A stretch of 64,000 bases of DNA. It comes from Sphyrna mokarran (lineage: Eukaryota). A model generated the notes under the pieces. That model saw only the letters and a program-made list of their open reading frames with translations. It made no database searches and was not told the origin of the DNA. Below are positions 50,877 through 63,345 of this stretch, in pieces. Location of the stretch: NCBI GenBank assembly GCA_024679065.1, contig JAGIQG010000013.1:52638001-52702000 (forward strand), in the 5' to 3' direction. The translations under genes and the position numbers were made by a program. The first letter of the stretch is position 1. Every line of letters begins with the position of its first letter.

Positions 50877-52099
50877 CTCCTATCCACCCCCCTGAATCCG
50901 GAAACTGACTTGGCAACAGATACACAAAACCTCCCCAGCCAGGAACCCAAAAAATCTCTAACACACACACCATCTTGACATTGACCCCAAGGCAATAATA
51001 CATAAAGACTAGTTTTGTATTGTCAAAAAACATAGGCTTGCAAATTTATAAGACCGTAATGGGAAATCTTTAATGAGATTATTCCATGTTACAACATAAA
51101 CATAGGCGGCCTAACTCAAATTTCATTTATCCTGAAGAAGGTTTCAGCATTATCAGAATATTACTGATGAATAATAAGGTCCACATTGAATGATCAGCAG
51201 AGTTGATTCAATCATTTCACAACAAAAAAATTAGAAACTTTTGGAAAGCTTATTTTTCTTGAAATTAATTACCTTGAGAATACTGTGCCTGCATTCTGCT
51301 GCAGATCCATCAAAAAATTGCAGGCCCTGTACAATCAAGCTCAGTTGTTTTCTTCAGAAAACAAATCTTGTGCAAAAAATTTACTGTCACTCTATATTTT
51401 GGATTATTAATTCACGGTTATTCATCTCAGCTGATTCCCCGTGTACTTGCAACATTTGAAAAATTGTCAGTTTTTTTAAAGGTGTTTGCTGTAATTGTCT
51501 CCAGACTAAGTGAATTAAAAATAATCACCAATATTTAGATTGTAACCTATCATATTACTGTAGACCATTATAACAGTATTTATGATGAATACAGTACAGC
51601 CATTCAATCCTCAGTGAAGACATCATCCCAAAAGATATCAAGCTGACAATGTTAATTTAAGACATCCAATACCAAGAAGAAAGAAAGATTGAAAAAATAT
51701 GGAACTGTTCCAACCATGTCAGCTTATTTCATTAAAGTGAATGGACAATGGAGAGAGATGTTAAAGACAGTCAACTCGACTAAAAAAAGTCAAGTGATAA
51801 ATATAAACCATCTTCTTAGTTCGTATATTTAAACCTCTGAACAAGATTGCTGCTTCGTAATCATTTTGATTGTCTTATTCAGAAAAGACATTGCAGCAAG
51901 CTTTATTAAAAAGACCATTACTTAGATTTAACTCCCATCCACTGGAGGGAAGGATGGGGTAGCAGAGTTAAAATGGAGTGATAGGTATATCATCCTACTT
52001 TGGCATAGCTATCAGTTTCTCTTAGGCTTGGTCATTAAGATGTTTACTTCTCCAAACTGGAGTGCCACTCACTAATGCAAATTGTTCCATCAGGTAACA

Positions 52100-53038
52100 A
52101 TGCCATAGTAACTGTATAGTAGGTTCAGAATTTACTGTAGATGGTTTGCTTAATAAAAAATGGACGAATAGCAGCAGAGACCTAAAGAAGTTATTAATGA
52201 GATTAATTCTAGGGACTAATTCATGGGAGTGCATGAATGTGCCAGCAGGTTAAAAGCTATCAGAATTTCAAAAAATATTTCACAGGAAGCAAATCCCAAT
52301 AGTGAGATTAGTAGTGTGAACAGACCAAAAAAAACACTATTCTGGTAATAGGAGACACTTTGGGTAGAGAATTGCACCATCCAGGGAAGACATACTTTTT
52401 TTTTAGAATGACAGAGGGGACAGACAACACAATACAAGAAAGAACCAAAGTGAAACAATAGCATAATTGGCATAATGGAAGCAGAGAGACAGATTCCATC
52501 TAGTAGCTTGGGGGTCAAGTTTTCCATCTGGTACATTGTAAACTGGTTCCAGCTTGCCAACCAGAAGCAAGCGCGCAGAAACCTTTGTGGAGACAGTTAA
52601 AGTCCATATCTTTGCTGAATCAAGAAGAGACATTTCCCAGAATAACTGTTCAATCATATACAGTGTGGTAACTACAAACTGACATTTACCTACAGGTCTA
52701 TTGAATTGGATGTTGTTTGCGAAGAGGGAAGTCCTGAAATAGTAAACGTACTTTGAAACGAAAAAGGGTAATTTCCACTTAACCTATGTGGATGTGTTTA
52801 GTAGTTTCTTGTACATAAATGTTTTAGATCATTGTAGTCCTGTTCATATATGTATGTCTTTTCTTTATTATAATAAATAATCTTTAATATATGTTATACA
52901 CATCGGGTTGATTACTGATCCCACTAGATCCTGCATGTGGTTCCTCATATCATTCTTGTAAACAAAATTCCACACCACCAAAAACCAATGTCCCAGTTTG
53001 AGATTCCCTTGCAGATAACATCAGTCAGGTTCGTGACA
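52100..53038 (+). mobile_element. Solo-LTR-like block
   Basis: AATAAA near 52872, then a U5-like end ..GATAACATCAGTCAGGTTCGTGACA similar to 36655-36684. The 5' boundary is a guess. Confidence 0.4.
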
Positions 53039-54329
53039 GGAATTGCAGTGTTTTTCCATGCTTCAAAAGAATAATATAGGTAATTGCCATCCAAGGCAAC
53101 TCCCACTTCCACAACTGTTCTTTCTCTGCTACTGCCCCCTATAATAACCCACTAAATTACCATTTAACCTTTACAGATTAGCCTCCAAGTCAACTGAGCT
53201 AGGTGAGATGACTATTTGGCATCCACAGGCCACCATAATATATGCTTCTAAGGCCTGCTCCTCTCCTCTATTCTCCAAATCACCCATTAGCTCCCTCACT
53301 GAGATACAGCAACTATTAGTCTTGTGTCCCATTTTTAATGGAAATTAATTCAGTCCTTCTGAAATTAAAAACTGCCATGAATTCTCTATTCCACTACTCA
53401 TACTGATTATCATTCCTCAATGTCATCATGTCTACTCTAGCAAAGTGCCAGTACTTCCTATTTCCTTTTAACTCACTTCATTTCAAACCTATCTCCTTGA
53501 ACCTGTGCTCAAAAATGATCTTTCTTCATTCAAAAACCTCCATAACTGACAAAATCTTAAAAGATCTCAATCACTTCCTTCCTCATTCTTCTCTTCTGTG
53601 GTATTTCCAAGGGATATTCTTTCCCCATAATTCAGTCCTTTGAAGTTCAGGAATCAACCCACCTCAAGCACTGCATCCAATAATTCTATATTTTGCTTGT
53701 AGAATGGCAATTTCAATATACCTCATTAGACTCAGTTACCTGGAACTTAACTGTTTATTCACATTTCATTTGCTTTCCTTGCTGTCTTGAACACTGAATA
53801 AACTGATTTTAATAGCCTATTCGGAACAGAACTACCAAAACTTCCTTTCTCAGTATCTGAAGCAAAGTGTAACTGAATCTAAAGAAATGCTGAGATACCT
53901 ACACAATGAATTAGTGTGTTGGTGGATGCAGCAGTGACAGATGAAACCTAACAAGGACAAATGAAAAGCAGCACACATAGACAGAAAAAAAAATGACCTG
54001 AATAACTCTTTGTACGGCGCTGCAATAGCTAAGGATGAATTGGAAAGTGATCTGATAGTGTTAGTTGAATTGTTGCCTACATAGTAAATGAGAACATTGC
54101 ATTATGTAGGAAAAACAGTAACAAACAAGTCAGAAGGAGTCAGCCTCAATCTCTTGTCACAGCAAATCTTGAACATGGTGTCCAGTTCTAGCCAATCAGA
54201 CAAACAGAGTCATTTAGGTGCAAAAAAGAACCAGGTGATTGATTACTATTTAAGAGAGCGAGGTGATTGGTTCCTAATCAGGGCACTGGATAATAAGGAC
54301 AAACTGGAAAAATATAAGATATTCATCCA

Positions 54330-55065
54330 CCAAACAAAGCCACTGACAGTGAATTGTTGTAGACAAATACAAGATTTAGTTGTGCTGAATCCTCCATCTT
54401 CAAAATCCCTGAGATCACCATTGCCTAGGAACTCAACTGAATCAGTCACATCAATAATGTGACAACAAGAGCAGGTTGTGGCTGGGGATTCTGCACGCAG
54501 TACCTCACCTCCCTATTTCCCAAAGTCACTCCACGATTTACAAGACATAATTGTCAAGAAATACTCATTGTCTGGCTCAATGCAGCTCCAACAACACTCA
54601 AGGAGTTCAATGGCATCCAAGAGAAAGCAACTAGCTTGATCAGCACCCCATCAACCACCTTAAACAAAATTGTGTTCTTCACCACAGGCATATAGTAGCC
54701 ACAGTATGTGTCGTAAATGATGCCCTGTAACAACTCATCAAACTCCTCCACTAGCACATTCTAAAGCTGTAAAGTCTCCCACCCAAAAGAACAAAGGTAG
54801 CAGAGACACTAGAACACACCACTTGCAGTTTATCCTCCGAGCCACACACACCATTCTGACTTGGAACTATATCACTGCTCCTTCACTGGATCAAAGTCCT
54901 GCACATATCTCCATAACAGAACTCTGGAGGTACACACACCACAGGACTGCAGTGGGGTTTAAGAACAGAACTTACCACTGTCTTCTCAAGGGCAATTAGA
55001 TTTGGGTACAAGTATTGTCCTTGCCAGCAGCATCCACATCCCATTGAATGAATGAATGAATTCAT
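54330..55065 (+). mobile_element. CR1-group LINE 3' end (family of 13025-14140)
   Basis: WLNAAPTTLKEFNGIQEKA..LI in ORF 54459-54695; tail AAGGGCAATTAGA..CCACATCCCATTGAATGAATGAATGAAT. Confidence 0.85.
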
Positions 55066-56989
55066 AAAAAAGTAAACGATCTGTTAAAGTCTGGAACATT
55101 TCTACAAATTGAACTATGCCCCACAAATTCCCATTCTCAATAAAACAAATTTAAAACAGATAAATCAGGCAATCTATCTGCATACAAAGAACAAGCAACA
55201 CTTGGAATAGTCCCTCAGCTGGGATAGTAGAGGCAAAATTTGTTTAATCACCAAAGAAACATCTGTATCCTGTGATCTGGGGAGGATGGAAAAGAATTTA
55301 CAGCTTTTATTTTCTTGGATGTGTGAGCTGGGACGCACTAAATAGGATTCCTCAACCTTATCAATTTTGTTGTTTTTGTATCCAATGGTTCGGCTTGAAT
55401 TGGACTCCAGATCCCAGAAATGAAACCCACTGCAACATCTAACTTAACATCCAGTTAATTTTTGAATACAGTAGCACAGTGCATCTTTAAAATGGTAAAA
55501 GAATAATTTTTCATAAAATAACCTTGAATAATAAACATGCATTAAATCTTGAATTGCAACGGGGGTGTTATAATTTTTTTTTCCAAGTGGTTGATTTTTT
55601 GTTCTTTATTTAGTACATTAAACCATGTACAGGCTGTCTGAATTCCCAGGTGAGATTTAAAAATCATGCATCCATTTAAAATCTAGGTCAACACATTTTG
55701 CTGAATTAAACACTGCTTCAGTTAGAAATATTTTTATGCACTAAATGCACCTTTACCACAGATATTCCAAGTAATACTGTGCAGAAATTATACAAAAAAA
55801 ATCAAAGTGCAATGAAATATAATCTGGCTTTGTTGCTACAATATAATAAAATGGTCTCAATCTTGCGATTTGCCGCTGGAGCTCAAGGCATTAATTCAAA
55901 CTCCTTTTCCTTCAATCTCTGCAACCTGGTTTTGAAACCAGCCCAAACAAGTTGAATGTATGTTTCCCATCAGTGATGCCTGTTAATTAACTCAAATGAG
56001 CCAAGAAGGTTCAGCGGAATTCCTAATAGACTTGAGACCATAGTATTATTCTGCCCCCACAATTCCCACTGACCACAGGAAATTAAGCCACTCCAGAAAA
56101 CAGCAGGGTATTTTAATTCCGAGGCAGGAAACTTGTGGGGGGGCAGTATACAGTTGATACAGATCTACATAGCTGGCTAGTTGCCAACTGTGAAGTTCTA
56201 AGGAGGCTGCCTGATGTCACCAAGTCATGCAGTGACATTTGGCAAGGAATTCTGTCAATACCATCAGGCGGTGCCGACCAGCCAACCACTTAAAAACCAT
56301 ACTAGCATTCTAAACATCCAGACAGAGGTTAGAGAACAGGACAGATGGTGGAGTGGGGCTAGATGAGGAAAGCTGAGTTTGTTCTCTAGAGTTAACTGCA
56401 GTGATAGACACTTTACTCTCCTAAGGTTTGAACCCTAAAGAGTTAACATCTTTGTATCGTAACTGAGCACTCATAGAACAGTGGACTGATTTCAAGATTA
56501 ACCTCATGTTAGATTATTAATATTTCATAATATGATGAAAATTACCTATAAATAACAATCTTCACATATTGGAAGTAGAAAAAATAAGAGGTGAGAGGTA
56601 TCTTAAATTCTTTCAAGATCCATGTTCTATTCTCCTTTTTTTAATCCAAAAATAGCATACTCTTCAACTTATTTAAATTTTATTGCGGTGTTGGCAGTTT
56701 GTGTAAATTTCATACATTTTGTTCCTTTTGCAGATTTTTATCCCTTATCTTGGTTTGCGTCATTAGGTGTTTGCAGTCAAGGTGGCACATATAATGATAT
56801 GTTCCTGGACTAACGCCAGTGTCTGTTCCATGTTACTGAGGGATACTCAAGAACAATTTATCCTTCAGTTTTTACTTCCCACTTTGGAGTGTGGCTGCAA
56901 CCTCCACTCTGAGCCAGTAAGAAGCTTACTTGAACCTACATCACCTTACAATCGTCAACAAGGACTAATGCTCAAAAATCTCACATTAT

Positions 56990-57973
56990 AGCTTGGTAAC
57001 AGGAGACAGAGAGTAATAGTGGAAGGGTATTTTTCTAGCTGGAGGTCGGACACTAGTGGCATGCTGCAGGGCTCAGTACTGGGATCTCTTCTATTTGTAA
57101 TATATATAAATGACTTGGAAGAGGAAGTAAGTGGAGTGATCAGCAAGTTTGCAGATGATACAAAGACGGCTGGACTTGCGGATCGTGAGGAGCATTGCCC
57201 GGCGATGCAGCAGGACATAGATAGGCTGGTAGCTTGGGCAGATAGATGGCAGATGGAATTCAATCCTGATAAATGCGAGGTGATGCATTTTGGGAAAAAG
57301 AATGTAGGGGGGAGATATATGATAAAGGGTAGACCTATTAAGAGTATAGAAATACAGAGGGACCTAGGGGAGCAGGTGCTCAAAGCTCTGAAGGTGGCAG
57401 AGCCGGTGGAGAAGGTTGTGAAGAAAGCATATGGTATGCTAGCCTTTATAGGAAGGGGTATATAGTACAAGAGCTGGCCTTTAATGTTGTAGTTGTATAA
57501 AACATTGGTTGGACCTTATTTGGAATACTGTGTCCAGTTCTGGTTGCCTTACTACCAGAAGGACATGGAGACTCTGGAGAGAGTGCAGAGGAGGTTTACC
57601 AAGATGCTGCCTGATATGGAAGGTCTGAGTTACGAGGAGAAGTTAGGCAAATTGGGGCTGTTTTCCTTAGAAAGACGTAGACTTAGAGGAGATCTAATAG
57701 AGGTGTGCAAGATTATGAGGGCTATAGATAGAGTAAACAGGGTTAAGCTTTTTCCTAGGATGGACTCTAATAGCACGAGGGGTCACGGGCTTAGGGTGAG
57801 GGGGACAAGGTATAATTTGGATGCTAGAGGGAGTTTTTTCACATAGAGGATGGTGGGGGTATGGAATGCGCTGCCAAGTAAAGTTTTGGAGGCAAGCACT
57901 CAGGAGTTATTTAAGAGATACTTAGATGGGCACATGAACAGAATGGGAATGGAGGGATATAGAAAACTGATTT
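56990..57973 (+). mobile_element. CR1 LINE, comparatively young 5'-truncated copy; RT C-terminal half in a single frame with three nonsense codons
   Basis: ORFs 57019-57465 (QGSVLGSLLFVIYINDL, SKFADDTK, WQMEFNPDKC) and 57493-57846 (LEYCVQFW, LERRRLRGDLIEV) are in the same frame. TAG stops at 57463, 57490 and 57844. Confidence 0.97.
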
Positions 57974-58192
57974 AAAATAGAGATTATGAGCCTTGGGAGT
58001 CCCTGGGAAGTGTGTAATTAGTCGATGATATTGATGTATTTGTTTTTATCCTACAGGTACTTTGGTCCACCTTGTTGTCTAACAAGGGGCTTACATGCGA
58101 TGGGTCGTGAGAGGGCTGCTCTTGGATTTTCTTTTCTGAAGACTATCCTAGTGCTTCACGTCGTTAGTGTCTGCTTGACCTGGACCATTTGA

Positions 58193-58510
58193 TGGGCAAC
58201 ACGACAGCTCAGTGACTATTGCTATGCTGTGCAGATACATGGATTTGGGCCTGTGTCTGTGGGAGTTTGCACATTCTCCCCGTGCTTGTGTGGGTTTTCT
58301 CCGGGTGCTCCGGTTTCCTCCCACATCCCAAAGATGTGCTCTTAGGCTGATTGGCAGAACAAATTCTCCCTAAATTGTCTCAAATTTGGTTTCAATCCAT
58401 AGATCTATAAACATAGACAGGGATCATGGGTAGAAGTGGGAACATCGGGGGGGCAGCGCGGGCTCGTTGGGCTGAAGGGCCTGTTTCCTGCGCTGTTTTG
58501 TTCTTTGTTG
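58193..58510 (+). mobile_element. V-domain SINE body ending in a CR1-type tail
   Basis: GGGCAACACGACAGCTCAGTG head, GGGTGCTCCGGTTTCCTCCCACA core, GGGCTGAAGGGCCTGTTTCCTGCGCTGTTTTGTTCTTTG tail. Confidence 0.85.
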
Positions 58511-58664
58511 TTTTTTAAAATTATGTTTTATGAATACACACAAAAACAAATTATATACATGAATATGAATGCAGTGAACAATTGTGTACTATCCTCCTGT
58601 CCAAAAAAAGAGCGGTTCCTCAGGGGTTGGTACCAGAATTGCTGCTTTTTTGATTCATATTATT

Positions 58665-59640
58665 AACAGGATAGACCTGGATGTACAGGCATGGTTTCAA
58701 AATCTGCAGAGGACACAAAACTTGAAAGTATAGTGAATTGTTAAGAGGATAGTGATAAACTTCAAGAGGATATAAACTGACTAGTGGAGTTAATGTACAA
58801 GTGTCAGATGAAATTTAGTGTGAAGAAAAGTGTGAAGTCTTAGTAGGAAGAACTAGGAGGTGCAATATAAAATAAACAGAGTGCAGGAACAGAGAAACCT
58901 GCCACTATATGTGCACAAATCATTGAAGGACTCATGCGGGGTTGAGAAAATGGTTGAGAAGGTATATAGGATCCTACTTACAATAAAGATTAATAAATTA
59001 ATCTTTAAACAAAATTAATAAATTAAAAATTTAAAAAAATCTTCCATAAATTAAAGAAATGATGATGAAACTTTCAGACACTGGGTTTGCCTTAACTGGA
59101 ATAGTGTACTTAATTTGAGGCACCACCCTTTAGGAAGGGTGTGCAAGCTTTAGGGTGAGGAACAGAAAGATTTAGGAGAAGGGTCCTAAGTATGATAGAC
59201 TTCCAATCTATCCAATGGATAGACTGGAAACCTTTGGTTGTTCTCCTTAGGGAGAAGGTTAAGAGGAAATTTGATAGAGGTGTTCAAAATAATGAGAGGG
59301 CTCAACAGAGTTAACAGAGAGAAACTATTCCCATTGACAAAAGAATAGCTAGCCATGGGATACCAATATAAAATGATCAGCAGAAGAACCAAAGACAATG
59401 TCAGGAAAATCTTGTTTCCCCCCGGGAAGTGGTTTAAATCTGGAATATACTTAAAAATGTGGTGGAGGTAGATAAAATAGTAGCTTACAAAAAGGGAATT
59501 GGATAAACATCTGAAGAGAAAAGGTTTGCAGGCCTATGAGAAAAGAGAAATGGTTGGACAAGCTGCATTACTCTTGAGAGCTGACACAAAACACTTTAGG
59601 CTGAATGGCCTTCTGCTGTGCTGTAATGATTCTCTATATC
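58665..59640 (+). mobile_element. CR1 ORF2 C-terminal fragment and tail, decayed
   Basis: VSKSAEDTKL (FADD-like), RLRGNLIEVFKIMRG, and tail GGCTGAATGGCCTTCTGCTGTGCTGTAA. Confidence 0.85.
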
Positions 59641-59974
59641 CTCCATCAGGAGCCTGAACCCGTTACTGGGGAATCACTTGTCTATCCTGCTTCAATCATC
59701 TTTGCTGAAGTGTGTTCTCATATTTACTTCAGTAGGAGTTAAATATGATACACAGTTCATTTGTATCAGATAAATAGTTCTCTCATCACAGTGCAGAACC
59801 CATTGTATTTGGCTTTATTAAATTGTTAATAAATAATTAAACCACCAATTGCAAACTCAAATTTCACCTGTGTTATAGCAAAATAAAACCTATAATGGTC
59901 TTTAAATTTATTGGAACCACAGGTGATAAACAGAATTTGTTATAGACATTTTAATGTTGCAAAGTTTTTTTTAT

Positions 59975-60300
59975 CTTCATTCATGGGACATGGCTGCCAG
60001 CACATATTACCCATCCCTAATTTTCCTTTGGAGAGGGGGGTGGTTAAAAGTCAACCACAATACTGGGGATCTGGAATCACAAAGACCAGACTAGGAAAGG
60101 ATGGCAGATTTCTTTCCCTAAAGTACATTAGTAAACCAGATTTTTTTTTTACAACAATCAACAATGGTTTCATGATTGTCAATAAACCTTTAATTCCAGA
60201 TTTTTATTGGATTCAAATTTCATCATCTGTTGTGGTGGGATCAGAACATTTCTCTGGCTGTATGGATTACCAATCCTGTGACAATACTACTATTCCACCA
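59975..60300 (-). mobile_element. tRNA-derived SINE sharing its 3' tail with the LINE family at 13025/54330
   Basis: TTCATTCATGGGA..CCCATCCCTAATT tail (reverse complement) and GGATGGCAGATTTCTTTCCCTAAAG..CATTAGTAAACCAGAT body. Confidence 0.75.
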
Positions 60301-61169
60301 TATCACACTTGGACTGTTTTTTTAAGTTAAGATAAAATAGAGGTTTTTTGCTCTGTATTTTGTCCAACATGCTTGGGTAGCTTGGTCGTTATCAGGTTGA
60401 GTGCTGGGTACATTTGGATTTGTTGACTCCAGGAACAACATGTCGAGCTGCCACTCATGAATTTATTTCAGATTCTTAGGGTTTTTTCTCAATTATGTTA
60501 TTTTAGATCCCTCTAACACTCACCCAACACATCCGTAAAGGTCCAGAACTTATTAATATTATTAATATTCTACTGGAAGTCAAGTGGAAAACAAACAGCT
60601 CCACATAGACTGCTGCAGTTGGCCTCTAACCTCACTCTCAAGAAGGAATAGAGTTCAAAAACTCTCCAGTCCCCAGTTGTCTTCATGGGTACCAAAGGAT
60701 CATTTCAGTTCTTCCTGGAACTACAAACCTAATTTAGAACTTAGCTTCTAGGCTCCTCTTTAACTGGATTGCCTGTTAAAACTGTGCAGATATCCGTGAT
60801 GAGTAAGTTATCCTGAAGTGGAAATCAAGATCCAATGTAAATTATAGGATCCTGACTGTATCGTAAAAAAACCTACTAATTCTTCTAGAGAGATGCCCAA
60901 GCTGGTCTGCTGTAGGCCTTTGAGAGTAGAACATCATCAGTTTATGTGGAGGACAATGGGCAGGTAAGTCATGTTCCACCAATTTTGGGGCACTGCTTCA
61001 AAATCTCCCTTGAAAATTGACATAAATGAAGGTACATCAAATTAATACTTTCTGAAATTGGAGCCAAGAAATTAACAAGGAACCACTCAGTCTGAAACTA
61101 ATCTAGGATGTCCAGTCTGCTTTGTGTTTCCTTTAACTTTAAGGTACAGAATGGTTATGAAATATTTTT

Positions 61170-61590
61170 AGACCATTCAGCCCATCATACTTGTTCTAAT
61201 TCTCTGCAACATCAACTCACCTAGTTCTACACCTCTGCCTTTCCCCCATAAGCCTGCAAACTTCTTCCAGTCATATAATCATCCAACTCTCCTTTGAAGG
61301 CCACAATTTAATCTGCATCCACACTCGCAGGCTGTGTGTTCCAAATCCTAACCAGTCACTGTGTAAAAAAAGCTTTTCAGTCATTATTCCTTCTTTAGCC
61401 AATTACCTTAAGTTGATGACCTCATGTTCTTGATCGTTCCACCAATGGGAGCAGTTTCTCTCTATCTACTTTGCCCAACAACCACCCCCTCATCTCTGCC
61501 ACCCCTGCCCTCACTACCACCATCATTGTGAACAATCTCATCTTGACCTTCTCTTCTCTAAGGAGAACTATATCAGTTTCTCCAATCAAA
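61170..61590 (-). mobile_element. CR1 3' fragment
   Basis: GACCATTCAGCCCATC tail (reverse complement); CCTTCTCTTCTCTAAGGAGAAC encodes FSLEKRR on the minus strand. Confidence 0.8.
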
Positions 61591-61894
61591 TAATTTCAAT
61601 GCTTTTTTCCCTTACATCATTGATATTTTAATTCAATATTGACCAAATATAGCAATAGGCGTGCATTACTGACCCCAAATATTTTGATTTTGGTCAATTT
61701 CAGACAACATTGTTTGGAATGGAGTGCTCTATTAGAAAATGGTGGTGGCAGCTGACACTACAAGGAAAAAAATAATATATATAATAATTTTAACTATCTC
61801 ACCACAAATTTCATGCTATATTTATGCCTGTGCTGTGAAATGAGTTGGCAGAGTTGTATGATACCATCATGACTGTTTTTTCAGTGTAGCTTTA

Positions 61895-62872
61895 GACCTG
61901 AATCTCCGCACTTTGGATAGTGCAGAGATTACAATCATGAATCTCAATAAAAACGCAGGGGGTGGGGCCTATTCACATCAGAATCTGACAGCTCCAGAAC
62001 TCTTGTGTGAGCGCAGTGGCTCCAATCTGCAATCTGCAATTGCTGTCCAGCTCAATTGTTGACCAGCTCGGGACCACTGTAGTGCTCCTCCTCCAGCCTT
62101 CCCCCCTATGGCCCAATCACGGTCCCACAACAATTCCCAGGCCAGCCTTGATTCCCTCTCCTGGTCCTGGAGTACCCCGATGTCCAGCCCATCCCTTGCA
62201 TCCCCCACAGTGGCGACCGACCCCACTACCTTACTCTGGCAGACTCCCTTCTGCAATCCCACCTCAGGTGGCAGCTCCTCCCTACTTCCAACAGACCACC
62301 ATCCCACTCCAGCTCAGACCAATTCCCACGCAGAATGGCAGTGGGACCCCCCCACCTCTGATTGCCCCTAGGTCCCATCCACAATAGGTCCCGCTTCTTG
62401 GCACTGCCTGATGGGCAGTGCTAAGGTTCCCCCGGATATATGTACTTTGCCGTCTGGGTAGTGCTGGGAGCACAGGCTGTCACTGTCAAAAAGCCCATGC
62501 TTAGGAGCATGCAACCCCCTGCTACCCGACCCCTTCGAAGGCTCTGATTGTTCCCCCCCTTCATTCCGATGGATTTCCCTCTAGTTCCCTGAACGTTGGG
62601 AGCTATTCTAAACCACACTGGAATGAAGTACCATTCCAGTGTGGAGTGGGAGATTCAATTGAGCCTGACTAAACACATTAAAAAAAAATTCAAATTACTT
62701 ACTTGTCTTCCCACCAGTTTCCAGCGTGGTCTGGACTCCGACTGTTCTCTGGTTCTGGGAGATGCGCATGCACTCCTGGTGCATGTGCAAATCCCAGGAA
62801 AAGGCCAACAATTCACATCTCTCAACCATGCCCGCCAGAAAAGTTGTGGGTCGCAATGGGAGAATCGAGCCC
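61895..62872. mobile_element. GC-rich non-autonomous TIR element (family of 7266-8184, opposite orientation)
   Basis: The right end GGGAGAATCGAGCCC is the reverse complement of GGGCTCGATTCTCCC, matching the 7266 terminus. Internal CTTGGCACTGCC..TGGGCAGTGC. Confidence 0.7.
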
Positions 62873-62969
62873 AAAGTTGCAAGTGAACTATTAAAGGAGG
62901 GAATGAACTACCTCTGCGGGTACATTACCATGTACCCATCTATGTAAAATTGATAATTTTATTATTTTC

Positions 62970-63345
62970 CATTTATGTAGAGAGATGGGATTTGTTTGAG
63001 TTTATCCATGTAGAAATCACAGGTGTTTGTGATACATTGATGCTAAACTGCAGCTTGGAGGGCAATTTAACAAATATTAAGCTGTGACCAAGTGACATTA
63101 AAAGAAGGAGGGAAGGGTGAAATGGGTCACGGCAAACATGCAAGAAGAGTTGATTCCCCAAAAGCAGGACAAGCACGTCATTGAAAATTAGAATTGTGTT
63201 GGAGCTGCCCCAAAATTTGGCTACCAATACACTAGCTGGAAATATTGTTGCGGAATCTGGTTAATTCATCAATAAATTACATCTTTGATTTACAGAATGA
63301 ACTCTTCAGCTATTAGCCCAAATTCCAAAGGATGACCACAGTGCT
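62970..63345. promoter_or_regulatory. Candidate conserved non-coding element / enhancer
   Basis: Clustered ATTCATCA (63264-63271), CTTTGAT (63283-63289) and TGATTTAC (63286-63293) in a repeat-free block. Conservation was not tested. Confidence 0.3.

Noticed and set aside
57019-57846. Two ORFs with reverse-transcriptase similarity as a host gene
   Set aside because: This is a 5'-truncated CR1 copy with three in-frame stops. The antisense ORF 56955-57470 is only its shadow.
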